The position numbers and the translations under genes are program-made. The notes under the pieces are model-generated. The model saw only the letters and a list, made by a program, of their open reading frames with translations. It had not been told where the DNA came from and did not search any database. A DNA stretch of 64,000 bases from Octopus sinensis (lineage: Eukaryota): assembly GCF_006345805.1 (NCBI RefSeq), contig NC_043010.1:4836001-4900000 (forward strand), read 5' to 3'. Below, piece by piece: positions 24,668 to 37,261 of the stretch (position 1 is the first letter of the stretch; every line of letters starts with the position of its first letter).

Positions 24668-25120
24668 TATCAAACACACATACTCTACGTATGTATTTTC
24701 CTAGTTCACTGGTCAGCTGTGATTTGATGCATAGGAGATGACTCTCTCAAAGGGTTTCTGTGTTTAACACTCTGCAAACTAGCTAAGCACATACATAGGA
24801 TATATGTGTTTGATATCATTTACAACACTTGAGCTATTTCTAACTCATACTCGAAATGTGGAGTAGATGAACAGCTGACAACTGATGAAGGGTCGTCCTT
24901 TATTTTTCCTGTTTTCCATTTGTTTCTCTCATTGTTCGCATACCAAAGTTTGCCTTCGTATTTCATGTTGTTTACATTTTGCGATGTCCTGTACCTATAT
25001 ATGCATACATATATACATATATATGTATGTACATATATGTATGTATATATGCATATGTGTATATATATTTTATTTATATTATTATATGATTGAACGCCAC
25101 ACATCCATTTCCAAGTAAGT

Positions 25121-25179
<59 letters not shown>

Positions 25180-25189
25180 CATCTATCTG

Positions 25190-25221
<32 letters not shown>

Positions 25222-25228
25222 CTGTCTG

Positions 25229-25302
<74 letters not shown>

Positions 25303-25969
25303 TATATAATATATATATATATATATTTGTGTATGCGTGTGTGAGTGTCTATGTCTGTGTCTGTGGTGGCCCCTAATCACCACTTGAGGGCCAGTGTTGT
25401 ACCTGCTTTAAAAGAATAAGTACTGGAATTAATTAATTCAACTAAAACTCTTCAAAGCAATACCCCATCATAGCTGCAGTCTAATGACTGAGGTGAGTAA
25501 AAGTGTAAAAGAATATTTATTTATTCTTTACACTATAGGTACAAGGCCTGAAATTTCGTGGGAAGATGGGAAGATGATTTCATTGATCCCAGTTCTTGAC
25601 TGGTATTCATTTTATCAAGCGTGAAAGAGCAAAGGTGATCCCAGTGAAATCTGAACTCCGTACGCAAAGAAACAGAAAAAAAAGGCCACTTAGCATTTTG
25701 TCCGAAGTACTGATGATTCTGCCAGCCTGCATGTATTTATATATATATTTATCATCATCATCATCATCATCCTCATCATCATTTAAAGTTCGTTTTCCAT
25801 GCTGGCATGGGCTGGATGGTTCGACTGGGGACTGACAAGCCAGGAGACCGCACCAGGCTCCAATCAAATATCTGTCAAACATATTTGAACTGGTCTTAAG
25901 CCTATACACTCTCTAGTTTATTAACCTCCTTTTTGCAGATTAAACATTTTTTACTGTTTATCCCTACAA

Positions 25970-26382
25970 GGGTGGTGAGCTGGCAGAATCGTTAGCACGC
26001 CAGGTGAAATGCTTAGCGGTATTTCATCTGCCACTGTGTTCTGAGTTCAAATTCTGCCGAGGTTGACTTTGCCTTTCATCCTTTTGGGGTCGATTAAATA
26101 AGTATCAGTTATGCACTGGGGTTAATATAATCGACTTAATCCATTTGTCTGTCCCTGTTTGTCCACTCTGTGTTTAGCCCCTTATGGGTAGTAAAGAAAT
26201 AGGTATTTCATCTGCCACTACGTTATGAGTTCAAATTCCGCTGAGGTTGACTGCCTTTCATCCTTTCAGGGTCAATTAAATATGTACCAGTTATGCACTG
26301 GGGGTCAATACAATTGACAATCCGTTTGTCTGTCCTTGATTGCCCTCTTTGTGTGTAGCCCCTTGTGGGCAGTAAAGAAATA
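25970..26382 (+). mobile_element. SINE family B dimer
   Basis: Junction AAAGAAATA|GGTATTTCATCTG at 26201/26202. Confidence 0.85.
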
Positions 26383-27001
26383 AGAATTGTTATCACACTG
26401 GGCAAGATGCTTAGGGCATTTCATCAGTCTTTGTGTTCTGAGGTCAAATTTTGCTGAGGTCAACTTTGTCTTTCAGTCTTTTGAGGTCGATAAAATAAGT
26501 ACCAGTTGAGCCCTGGAGATGATGTAATTGACCTGCACCCTCCCCCACTTTTGCTGGTTTAGTACCAAAATTTGAAATCAATATTTACCCCTATACTATG
26601 TTTTAATTAGTTTGGTGTTTGATTGTCATAAGATGTTGTGTTCTGGATGTATGCTTAATACCAGAATGGAGACAAACTAGCAACCTTATTGATGGTTTGA
26701 ACTTAGGCTCATTCAGTATGGAAATATAACAAACTGATCATGATCAACCTAACCAAAACACTGTGCAGATATATATATATATAACGAATGTTAACGTTGG
26801 CACAAGGTCACACATTTTGGGATAGAGTAAACTTAATTTAAATTGACCTGGTTATTGAATATTATATTTTATAAACCCTGGAAGAATGAAAGGGAAAATT
26901 AACTCTCGTAGGACTTGAAATTGGGGCATAAAGTAACATAGCAAAATACTTCAAAGTATTTGTCAGAAGCTCAAAAGCTTCTATCGGTCCAATGCCCTCT
27001 G

Positions 27002-27051
<50 letters not shown>

Positions 27052-27153
27052 TATATACACATACATATATATATATACATATGTATATATACATATATAC
27101 ATACATATATATATATATATGTATTATATATGTATATATATGTTTATATATTA

Positions 27154-27236
<83 letters not shown>

Positions 27237-27591
27237 ATATATATATGTATTATATATATATATATAATATATATATTATTTATATATTTATATATATAAT
27301 ATGTATATATATATATAATATATATAATGATATATTTATATATTATATATATATATATATATAATATATATATATATATAACATATATATAAAATATGTT
27401 GTACTAAAATGGAGTAAATTGTTTAGCTTACATGTCTGTATTGATCTTCGTCCTATGGTTTTCAATACATTGCTTGTGAACTACATTGTCAAGACAACCC
27501 CTACATGATCAGTGAATGGCAAAAAAACATGTACATAGGAGGTTATTATTTTTATAAAGCTTTAATTACCCTGTTCTGTTGATTGCATTGA

Positions 27592-27662
27592 TTATTCAAG
27601 ATTTGGCTTTTGAATCAAGTTAACCTCCATCACAACCTCAACTATGCTGTGGTTCTGCAATG
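27592..27662 (-). CDS. Candidate terminal coding exon, unidentified
   Basis: Acceptor tttttctccag in unique sequence; the phase-1 frame gives (A)LQNHSIVEVVMEVNLIQKPNLE*. No homology recognised. Confidence 0.2.
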
Positions 27663-27946
27663 CTGGAGAAAAACTTATGGGGTAGTTTTTAGTGTTGTCA
27701 TTTATAGAATTTTGTTGTGTATGTATAGAAAAACAAAACTGTCAATATGTTGCCCCACTCCTCTGTGTGTATGTATGCATAAATATGCAAACATATATCT
27801 ATTTCTTTATTACCCACAAGGGGCTTAACATAGAGGGGACAAACAAGGACAGACAACCTCAGCGGAATTTGAACTCATAACGTAGTGGCAGATGAAATAC
27901 CTATTTCTTTACTACCCATAAGGGGCTAAACACAGAGTGGACAAAC

Positions 27947-28487
27947 AGGCACCCATGCTAGTGGCACATACAAAGCACCCAGTACACTCTGTAGAGTGGT
28001 TGGCATTAGGAAGGGCATCCAACCATAGAAACCAAACTAAAACTAAAACCGGAGCCTGGTGCAGCTCTTTGGTTTACCAGCTCCAGTCAAACCATCTCAC
28101 CCATGCCAGCATTGAAAATAGACACTAAATGATGATTTTGATGATGAAGATGATGCCGAGGTCAACTTTGCATTTCACCTTTCGGGGTCGTAAATTAAGT
28201 ACCAGTTACATCGACACCATGCGTAACTGGTACTTAATTTATCGACCCCGAAAGGATGAAATGCAAAGTTGACCTCGGCATCATCTTCATCATCAAAATC
28301 ATCATTTAGTGTCTATTTTCAATGCTGGCATGGGTGAGATGGTTTGACTGGAGCTGGTAAACCAAAGAGCTGCACCAGGCTCCGGTTTTAGTTTTAGTTT
28401 GGTTTCTATGGTTGGATGCCCTTCCTAATGCCAACCACTCTACAGAGTGTACTGGGTGCTTTGTATGTGCCACTAGCATGGGTGCCT
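27947..28487. repeat. Near-perfect 541-bp palindrome (arms about 264 bp, 13-nt spacer)
   Basis: 27947-28209 is the reverse complement of 28223-28487, apart from two 1-nt indels near the centre. Confidence 0.92.
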
Positions 28488-28592
28488 TTTACATGTCACT
28501 GCCACAGGTGCTTTTTAAGTCTCACCGCATGGGTGGGATGGTTTGACTGGTTGACTGGTAAGCCAGAGAGCTGCACCAGGCTCCAGTTTGTT

Positions 28593-29001
28593 TTACTCTT
28601 ACTCTTTTACTTGTTTCAGTCATTTGACTGTGGCCATGCTGGAGCACCGCCTTTAGTCAATCAAATCGACCCCGGGACTTATTCTTTGTAAGCCCAGTAC
28701 TTATTCTATCGGTCTCTTTTGCCGAACCGCTAGGTGACGGGGACGTAAACACACCAGCATCAGTTATCAAGCAGTGCTAGGGGGACAAACACAGACACAC
28801 AAACCCACACACACACACACATATATATATATACATATATGTGATGGGCTTCTTTCAGTTTCCGTCTACCAAATCCACTCACAAGGCATTGGTCGGCCCG
28901 GGGCTATAGCAGAAGACACTTGCCCAAGATGCCACGCAGTGGGACTGAACCCGGAACCATGTGGTTGGTTAGCAAGCTACTTACCACACAGCCACTCCTG
29001 C
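28593..29001 (-). mobile_element. SINE family A, full-length, inserted into a family C copy
   Basis: Complete tail to CCACACAGCCACTCCTGCGCC; family C sequence resumes at about 29005. Confidence 0.88.
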
Positions 29002-29484
29002 GCCCTGGTTTGGTTTCGTTGATTGGATGCCCTTCCTAATGCCAACCACTTTACAGAGTGTACTGGGTGCTTTTTATGTGTCACTGGCATGGGTCCCTTT
29101 CACGCAGCAACACCCAAATATACAACACACTGCCAGGAATTACGCTAACGACCATATCATCCTGAGTTAAATACACTAACCATTAAACTATGCTTCCAGT
29201 ATAGTGGTTAAGCAACTACTATACTTAATAGTATTACTAGCTTTGAAATACAGAGAAAATGTTGGAGAAATTAGAATAAACACAAGTTTATAATCTTAGT
29301 TCCTGTGTGTATTTCTCCATTATGATTTCACTATGGTTTCACTTAGCTTGACGTGTTTTCTCAAGCACAGCAAATCGCCAAAAGTTTCAATTATGCATAT
29401 AAATATGTGTGTGTCTGTGTGTCTATAGAAAAATCTGCTTCAACAAATTCTGTCTGATCCATGAAAGCATGGAAAAATGAATTT

Positions 29485-29612
29485 AAAATGATGATAATGA
29501 TGATGGTGATGATGGTGGTGGTGGTGATGATGATGATGATAATGATGATGATGATGATGATGATGGTGGGTGGTGGTGGTGGTGGTGGTGGTGGTGGTGG
29601 TGGTGATGATGG

Positions 29613-29646
<34 letters not shown>

Positions 29647-29682
29647 GGTGATGGTGTATGGTGATGGTGATGATGATGATGG

Positions 29683-29713
<31 letters not shown>

Positions 29714-29766
29714 GGTGGTGGTGGTGGTGGTGGTGGTGGTGGTGGTGATGGTGATGATGGTGATGA

Positions 29767-29800
<34 letters not shown>

Positions 29801-29845
29801 GGTGGTGGTGGTGGTGGTGGTGATGGCATGGTGATGGTGATAATA
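29485..29845. repeat. (GGT)n/(GAT)n trinucleotide array
   Basis: Directly visible. Confidence 0.95.
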
Positions 29846-30089
29846 CTTTTATCTTTTACTTGTTTCACACATCAGGCTATGGCCATGCTGGGGCACTGCC
29901 TTGAAGAAGATTTTGTCAAATGAATCAACCCCAGTACTTATTGTTTTTTTTGCTTGGTTCTTGCTCTGTTGGCCTCTTTCACTGAACTGCTAAGCATTAC
30001 AAGGACGTAAACACACCAACACCGGTGGTAGTGGAGGACAAACACAAACGCAAGGACACACATGCACACACATTTATATGACAGGCTTC

Positions 30090-30124
30090 TTTCATACATA
30101 TATATATATATTATATATGTATAT

Positions 30125-30155
<31 letters not shown>

Positions 30156-30246
30156 ATATATATATGTATATATATATATGTATAATCTATATAATATATA
30201 AGATATAATATGTATATATATATATGTAAATATGTATATATATATA

Positions 30247-30310
<64 letters not shown>

Positions 30311-30622
30311 GTATATATACATATATATATGTATATATGTATATATTATATATATTTGTATATATATGCATATATATGTATATATGGTATATATATATAT
30401 TTGTATATATATGCATATATATGTATATATATGTATATATATGTATATAGATATGTTAATTTATATATATATATGTATATATATGATATATATGTACATA
30501 TGTATATATATGCATATATGCATATATGTATATATGTATATATGTATATATGTATACATATATTTATGTATACATATATATATATTTATATATATATATA
30601 TATATACATAGATATATATAGG

Positions 30623-30655
<33 letters not shown>

Positions 30656-30720
30656 GTACAAAATTATTTCCCTTCAATTTACACATGTGTATATATGTAT
30701 GTATGTATTTATATATAATT
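30090..30720. repeat. (TA)n-based microsatellite array
   Basis: Directly visible. Confidence 0.95.
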
Positions 30721-30886
30721 AAATTTTGCAATATGCTCAATGCTACATCTTATTAATGCTAGTATTATGATAATGCTCAATATCGTGAGAGAGAAGTAAT
30801 TAAACTCTATGTTCAGTAAATATATATATAAATATTATTGAAAACAACACAACATATATGTAAATTATATTGCAGTAAATATATCT

Positions 30887-31307
30887 TATTTCTTTACTGC
30901 CCACAAGGGGCTACACACAGAGGGGACAAACAAGGACAGACAAACAAATTAAGTCAATTATATACCGATCCCAGTGCATAACTGGTACTTATTTAATCAA
31001 CCCCGAAAGGATGAAAGGCAAAGTCGGCTTCGGCGAAATTTGAACTCAGAACGTAGCAGCAGACGAAATACCTATTTCTTTACTACCCACAAGGGGCTAA
31101 ACACAGAGGGGACAAACAAGGACAGACAAACAAATTAAGTCAATTATATATCGACCCCAGTGTGTAACTGGTACTTAATTTATCGACCCCGAAAGGATGA
31201 AAGGCAAAGTCGACCTCGGCGGAATTTGAACTCAGAACGTAACAGCAGACGAAATACGGCTACGCATTTTGCCCGGCGTGCTAATATTTCTGCCAGCTCG
31301 CCGCCTT
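30887..31307 (-). mobile_element. SINE family B dimer
   Basis: Junction GACGAAATACC|TATTTC at 31072/31073. Confidence 0.9.
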
Positions 31308-32179
31308 TCCTCCACAGACACACATTCCATTAAGGTAGGTCTCACGGAGATTCCTCATGATACATCAAATGTGACAAGGCTGGACCTTAGAACTACAGAT
31401 TTTTGCCAGCTGAGCTAACTGGAGCAATGTAGCATAAAACATCTTGCTCAAGGACGCTATGCACTGCTGAAAATTAAACTGATGGCATTATGATCCTGAG
31501 CCAAATACACTAACCATTAAGCCATGCTTCCAGCATAGTTGCTAAGCAACTACTATATTTAGTAGTAATACTAGCTTCGAAATAAAGAGGAAAGGTAGGA
31601 GGAAGTGAAGTAAACACAAATTTATAATCCTAGTTCTTATGTATATTTTTTTCCAACATGGTTGCATGGAACCCTACATTGGATGTTCCATGTGCACTTA
31701 GATGCCTAACTAGAACGGATCCCATACATACATACACACACACACACACACATACATACATACATACATACATACATACATACATACATAGATTCCTACA
31801 TACATACATACATACATAGATTCCTACATACATACATACATACATACATACATACATACATACATACATAGATTCCTACATACATACATACATACATAGA
31901 TTCCTACATACATAATACATACATACATACATACATACATACATACATACATACATACATAAATTCCTACATACATACATACATACATACATACACACAT
32001 ACATGCATGCATGCATACATTTGGAAACAGGTGAGGGTTGATGACAGGAACAGCTTCCATCCGTGGGAAATCTGCCTAAATAAACTCCATCCAATCCATG
32101 AAAGTATGGACAGCTGAGGATGATGACAGCCATCCATCCATACAGTATATACATTCAAATTTATCTCTACAGATTTTAT

Positions 32180-32836
32180 ATAGAATTCAGAGCCAGCACT
32201 GAAAGTCACGGCATTTTGTATATGGATACCTTTATTAAGCAATGCACTTGAAGCTGGAGATAAAACATGTATTGAGTGCATATCCATATTTCGAGACTTA
32301 TTGCTCTTTCATCAGTGCCACATCCAATCCATCAACTATCCATGAATGCATTACTTCTATATTCACTATGTTTAGAGGTGTAGCACTACTGGATTGACCA
32401 ATTTACATATTAAACACATACCTGGCAGCTGGTACATAAATATTAATTGCTAATGAGAACACGGCATTTTGATTTGCAACCATAAATACTACCAAGTATA
32501 TTAAAGGTTTATGAGTCAATATTGTGCCTTACTTTTATGTATTAATAGTGAAATTTTCACATTATTTAGTTTATATATTTTCTATGGAGTTCAGAGCCAG
32601 CGCTGAAAGTTACAAAGTTTCGTTCATGAATATGTCTACGTAAACAATGCAATAAAAGAAGGAGAAAATATAGGTGATGGTTGTATATGCATATTTCGAG
32701 AGTTATTTCTCTTTCATCAGCACCACATCCAACCAGTCAGCTTGTGGGTATTTAAGCAACATGCCTGTATATAGTTGATGGGTTGGATATGCTACTGATG
32801 GAAAAGTAATAATGGTTGGAACATGCATATATACCC
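32180..32836 (-). mobile_element. Diverged hammerhead-bearing repeat: two direct copies and one inverted partial copy (Penelope pLTR/retrozyme-like)
   Basis: 32181-32345 aligns with 32584-32750 (TTCAGAGCCAGC.CTGAAAG...CATATTTCGAGA.TTATT.CTCTTTCATCAG...CACATCCAA), a 404-bp offset. 32774-32836 is an inverted partial copy. Confidence 0.6.
32675..32728 (-). ncRNA. Minimal type-I hammerhead ribozyme motif, best-preserved copy
   Basis: Reverse complement: GATGTGGTG CTGATGA A AGAG-aaataa-CTCT C GAAA TATGCATA T A CAACCATC. Intact core, palindromic ATATGCATAT helix III, AUA triplet, imperfect long stem I. Confidence 0.55.
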
Positions 32837-32843
32837 ATTAACA

Positions 32844-32888
<45 letters not shown>

Positions 32889-34371
32889 AGGAGATAGATA
32901 GGTTGCTAGATATTCAGCCTTTCCATTTATGTTTCTTATTGCAAAATTGAAATGTTTTGTATATACCCTATTTGCCTCAAATTTAATTTAATTTAATATA
33001 ATTGCATCATTTGCTTTTACACCCCCCCACACACACACCATCATCATCACCACCACCATCATCTTCATCATCATCATCATCATCAGCACCCCATTCCATC
33101 TGATCAGATTTATCAACATTATTGTATATAACTAAACATACATGATTTTTTTTTTTCCTCTAATGATATTCAGTAACCTTTCACCTATAATAACTTTCTT
33201 ATTACATATTAATGTAACTATTCAATGTCAACAAACCTACTTCTATAAATATTTTGACAGCTCATTAACTTATTCCCCTTATTCTGTGACCTTCGACAAA
33301 CATAATAGAAATTTTGCCCATCCTCTTGTTACCATATTTCTATTGAAATAAACTACTTCTGTTTAAAATATATTTTTTTTAAATAACTTCTTTACTCTCA
33401 TTTCTTTTGCTTATTTCCGTTGTTGACTGAGGCCAGGCTGGGGCACCGGTTTGAAGGGATTAGTTAAATAAATCAACCCTAATACTTAATTTTTAAGTGT
33501 AGTACATATTTTATTGGTCTCTTCTGCTGAGCCACAAAGTTACGAGGATGTAAATAAAACAATACCAGTTGTCATGTAGTGATTCGCACAAATGCAAATA
33601 CAGACATATAGTTATATAGATAGGCTTCCACACAGTTTTCATCTACCAAGACATTGGTTGGCCTGGAGCTGCCGAAGAAGCCATTTGCTCAAGGTACTGT
33701 TCGGTGGGAGTGAACACAAAATCTTGTGGTTGCAAAGTGAGTTTCTTAACCACACAGCCATGTGTGCACCTAATATAGGATCTATATCAAATAAGGCTTG
33801 AACACAAAATCTTGCAGTTCCCAGTCAAAGGTCGTACAACTGAGCTGGCAGAATTGTTAGCATTCTGGGCAAAATGCTTTACAGCATTTCTTCTCTCTTT
33901 ACATTCTGAATTCAAATTCCGCCGAGGGCAACTTTGCCTTTCATCCTTTCAGGGTGAATAAATGAAGTACCAGTGAAACACTGGGGTCAATGCAATCAAC
34001 TAGCTCCTTCCCCCAAAAATTTCAGGCCTCATGCTTTTGGTAGAAGGAATTATTTTACTGGCGTTCAAATTAGTGACCTGGCAGAATCATTAGCATGCTG
34101 GGTAAAATGCTTAGAAGCATTTTGTGTCTTTACAATCTGAGTTCAAATTCTGCCATGGTCAACTTTGCTTTCATCCATTCGAGGTCGATAATATAAGTAC
34201 CAGTTTAGCTCTGGGGGTGATGTAATCGACTTACTCCTCTCCCGATCTAGCTGGTCTTGTGCCAAAATTCAGCACCATTATAATATTGGTGTTTAAAGCA
34301 GTGAGGTGGCACAATTGTTAGCACGTTGGACAAAGTGTTAAGCAACATTTATCTGGCTTTGCGTTCTAAGT

Positions 34372-34678
34372 ACTAATTCTCTTGAAATCAACTAGGAAGA
34401 AAGAAACCAAGATCATAGATATTGCCATACTTGGAGACACATGAGTTAGTGACAAAGAGCTGGGAAAGACTGAAAAATACAAGCTACTAAATGACAAAAT
34501 TGCATGAATGAGGGAAATTAAGAGAATAACTGTCATTCCAGTAGTTGTAGGAGCATTGAGAGCACCAAGAATCAGGTTTGAGAAATATGTTGGAGAAATT
34601 GAAATTGACACGAGAGTAGAGAACATAATCAGAAAACTGCTCCATTGAGGGCAGGGACGATTTTGAGATTGGTATTTG
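34372..34678 (+). mobile_element. R4/Dong-type (RLE-bearing) LINE 3' relic
   Basis: TKIIDIAILGDT*VSDKELGKTEKYKLL...ITVIPVVVGALRAP...QKTAL..TILRLV matches the IID.A.P.D...KE.EK..KY...VIPVV.GALG restriction-like endonuclease C-terminus. Confidence 0.8.
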
Positions 34679-35306
34679 GATACTCTTTTACTTGTTTCAG
34701 TCATTTCACTGTGGCCATGCTGGAGCACCACGTTTAGTCGGAGAAATCGACCCCAGGACTTATTCTTTGTAAGCCTAGTACTTATTCTATCGGTCTCTTT
34801 TGCCGAACCACTAAGTTACGGGGATGTAAACACACCAGCATTGATTGTCAATCATGATGTCAATGATGACAATAATGTTGATTATGATGATGATGATGAT
34901 GATGATGTCAACGATGACAATAATGATGATGATGATGAGGAGGAGGAGGAGGCCAAACCTAACGCAGCTGATAGCGACGCAAACAATGATAAACAAGGAT
35001 GACAAAAAGGAGAAAGAGGAGAATGAGGAGGATGCGGGGAGCAGAGGAGTAAGATGTGGAGAGGGTAGGGATAACATTGAAGATTATGGTGATGATGATG
35101 ATTAGTTATCTATGGCCAAATATCAAAGACAGACCTATATTAAATACAGTAATTACAGACAAAATAATAACTTAGCATTGAAACATAAATATTGGATTAT
35201 TCTTAAAAGTAATAAACATAGATTTGATGAGATGGTTTGAAAAATAATAAAAAAGATACATTTAGAATATTGTAGCAAATCTCTCAACTAAACACACATA
35301 CATATA

Positions 35307-35362
<56 letters not shown>

Positions 35363-35806
35363 CACATGCAAACATACACACACGTATATACATAGATACA
35401 ATTGTATGGGTATTAAATTTCTTACTTATTTGCCAATACATACATACATATATATACATATATATATATATATGTTCTTTTATTTCTTTATTCTTTTATT
35501 TGTTTCAGTCATTTGAATGTGGCCATACTGGAGCACTGCCTTAAAGGGTTTTAGTCGATGAAATCGACCTCAGGAATAACTCTTTGTTAGCCTAGTACTT
35601 CTATCCTTCACTTTGGCCAAACCACTTAAGTTATAGGGACACAAACACACCAGCATCAGTTGTCAAGCAAAGGTGGGGAGACAAACGCAGACACATACAT
35701 AAATACATACATACATATATATTTATACACGCACACACATACATAAATAATATATATAAATACATGCATATATATATTAGAAGGTTTGGTGATGATGTAC
35801 AGGTAT

Positions 35807-36165
35807 TATATATTAGAAGAAATAAGGTACTCAGAAATCTGGATGGTTTTATATTTACAGATATTTATTAATATGTCACATGTTTTTATAAATCATATAT
35901 AGATGGATAGACAGATAGATAGATAGATATACAATATCTTTCCAATTCCATCTACCAAATCCATTCACAAGGCTTTGGTCGGCTTTGCCCAAGGTGCCAC
36001 ACAGTGAGACTGAACCCAGAAGCATGAGGTTGAGAGGCAAGCTTCTTACCACACAGCCATGCCTGCACCAATATAAATATATATGATTTATAAAAACACG
36101 TGACATATTAATAAAAATCTGTAAATGTACAACCATCCAGATTTCTGAGTACCTTATTTCTTCTA

Positions 36166-36172
<7 letters not shown>
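35807..36172. repeat. Inverted repeat of about 92 bp (4 mismatches) enclosing a SINE-A head fragment
   Basis: 35807-35901 versus the reverse complement of 36077-36172 (TATTAGAAGAAATAAGGTACTCAGAAATCTGGATGG...). Confidence 0.85.
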
Positions 36173-36196
<24 letters not shown>

Positions 36197-36205
36197 ATAT
36201 ATATA

Positions 36206-36247
<42 letters not shown>

Positions 36248-36591
36248 AAGAAAATGGAGAAATTGATATGCAGACATCAATTTATTGAAACAAATCCAAT
36301 TCTGAACAATACCAAACTGGATGCTGACATCCCTTTAAGAGGTATTTATATCCTTGAAATAATTAATACATATATTTGTATATAGACAGGTTGAGGGATA
36401 GGCAGATAGACAGATATACAACTTCTTTCAGATTCCGTCTACCAAATCCACTCACAAGGCTTTTGCTGGACAGAGGCTATAGTAGAAGACACTTGCCCAA
36501 GGTGCCACACAGTGGTAATGGACCCAGAAGCATGTGGTCGGGATGCGATCTTCTTACCACACAGCCATGCCTGCACCAATATAAATATATA

Positions 36592-36975
36592 GTGCCGGCG
36601 GCACGTAAGAGAACCGTCCGAACGTGGCCGTTGCCAGCGCAGCCTTGACTGGCCTCCGTGCCGGTGGCACGTAAAAAGCACCATCCGATTATGGTCATTG
36701 GCAGCCTCGTCTGGCTCCCGTGCCGGTGGCATGTAAAAAGCACCATCCGATCGTGGTTGTTTGCCAGCCTCGTCTGGCGACTGTGCAGGTGGCACATAAA
36801 AAGCACCCACTACACTCATGGAGTGGTTGGTGTTAGGAAGGGCATCCAGCCGTAGAAACACTGCCAGATCAGAATGGGCCTGGTGCAGCCTTCTGGCTTC
36901 CCAGACCCCAGTTGAACCGTCCAACCCATGCTAGCATGGAAAGTGGACATTAAACGATGATGATGATGATGATGG
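36592..36975 (+). mobile_element. Family C element with 62-66-bp 5' tandem units and (ATG)n tail
   Basis: Units start at 36592, 36658, 36720 and 36783 (GTGCCGGTGGCACGTAAAAAGCACC...), followed by GGTTGGTGTTAGGAAGGGCATCCAGCCGTAGAAAC and ...TAAACGATGATG. Confidence 0.8.
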
Positions 36976-37261
36976 TAAAAGTGAATGTTTGTATGTATGT
37001 ATGCTGTGTGCATGTGGACTTGTCGGTGTGTATGTGCACGTGTGTGTGTGTTTTTGTGTGTGCATCTGTATGTGTGTGTGTGTGTGTGTAAGTGTGTGCA
37101 TGCCATAGATTCAGTCTCCTGTTATGATCCCATTCAAATTTATAACACTTAATAGTAATACTAAATTGACCCCATAAACTTAACGAGTATTGGTTTTATC
37201 AGCCCAGCCCAAGAAGGGATAAATGCAAAGATGAATCTAGATAGGGTTTGAAACTGTATGT

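Noticed and set aside
24882-24900. CTGATGA at 24882, 50379 and 60719 as hammerhead cores
   Set aside because: No properly spaced GAAA with pairing stems.
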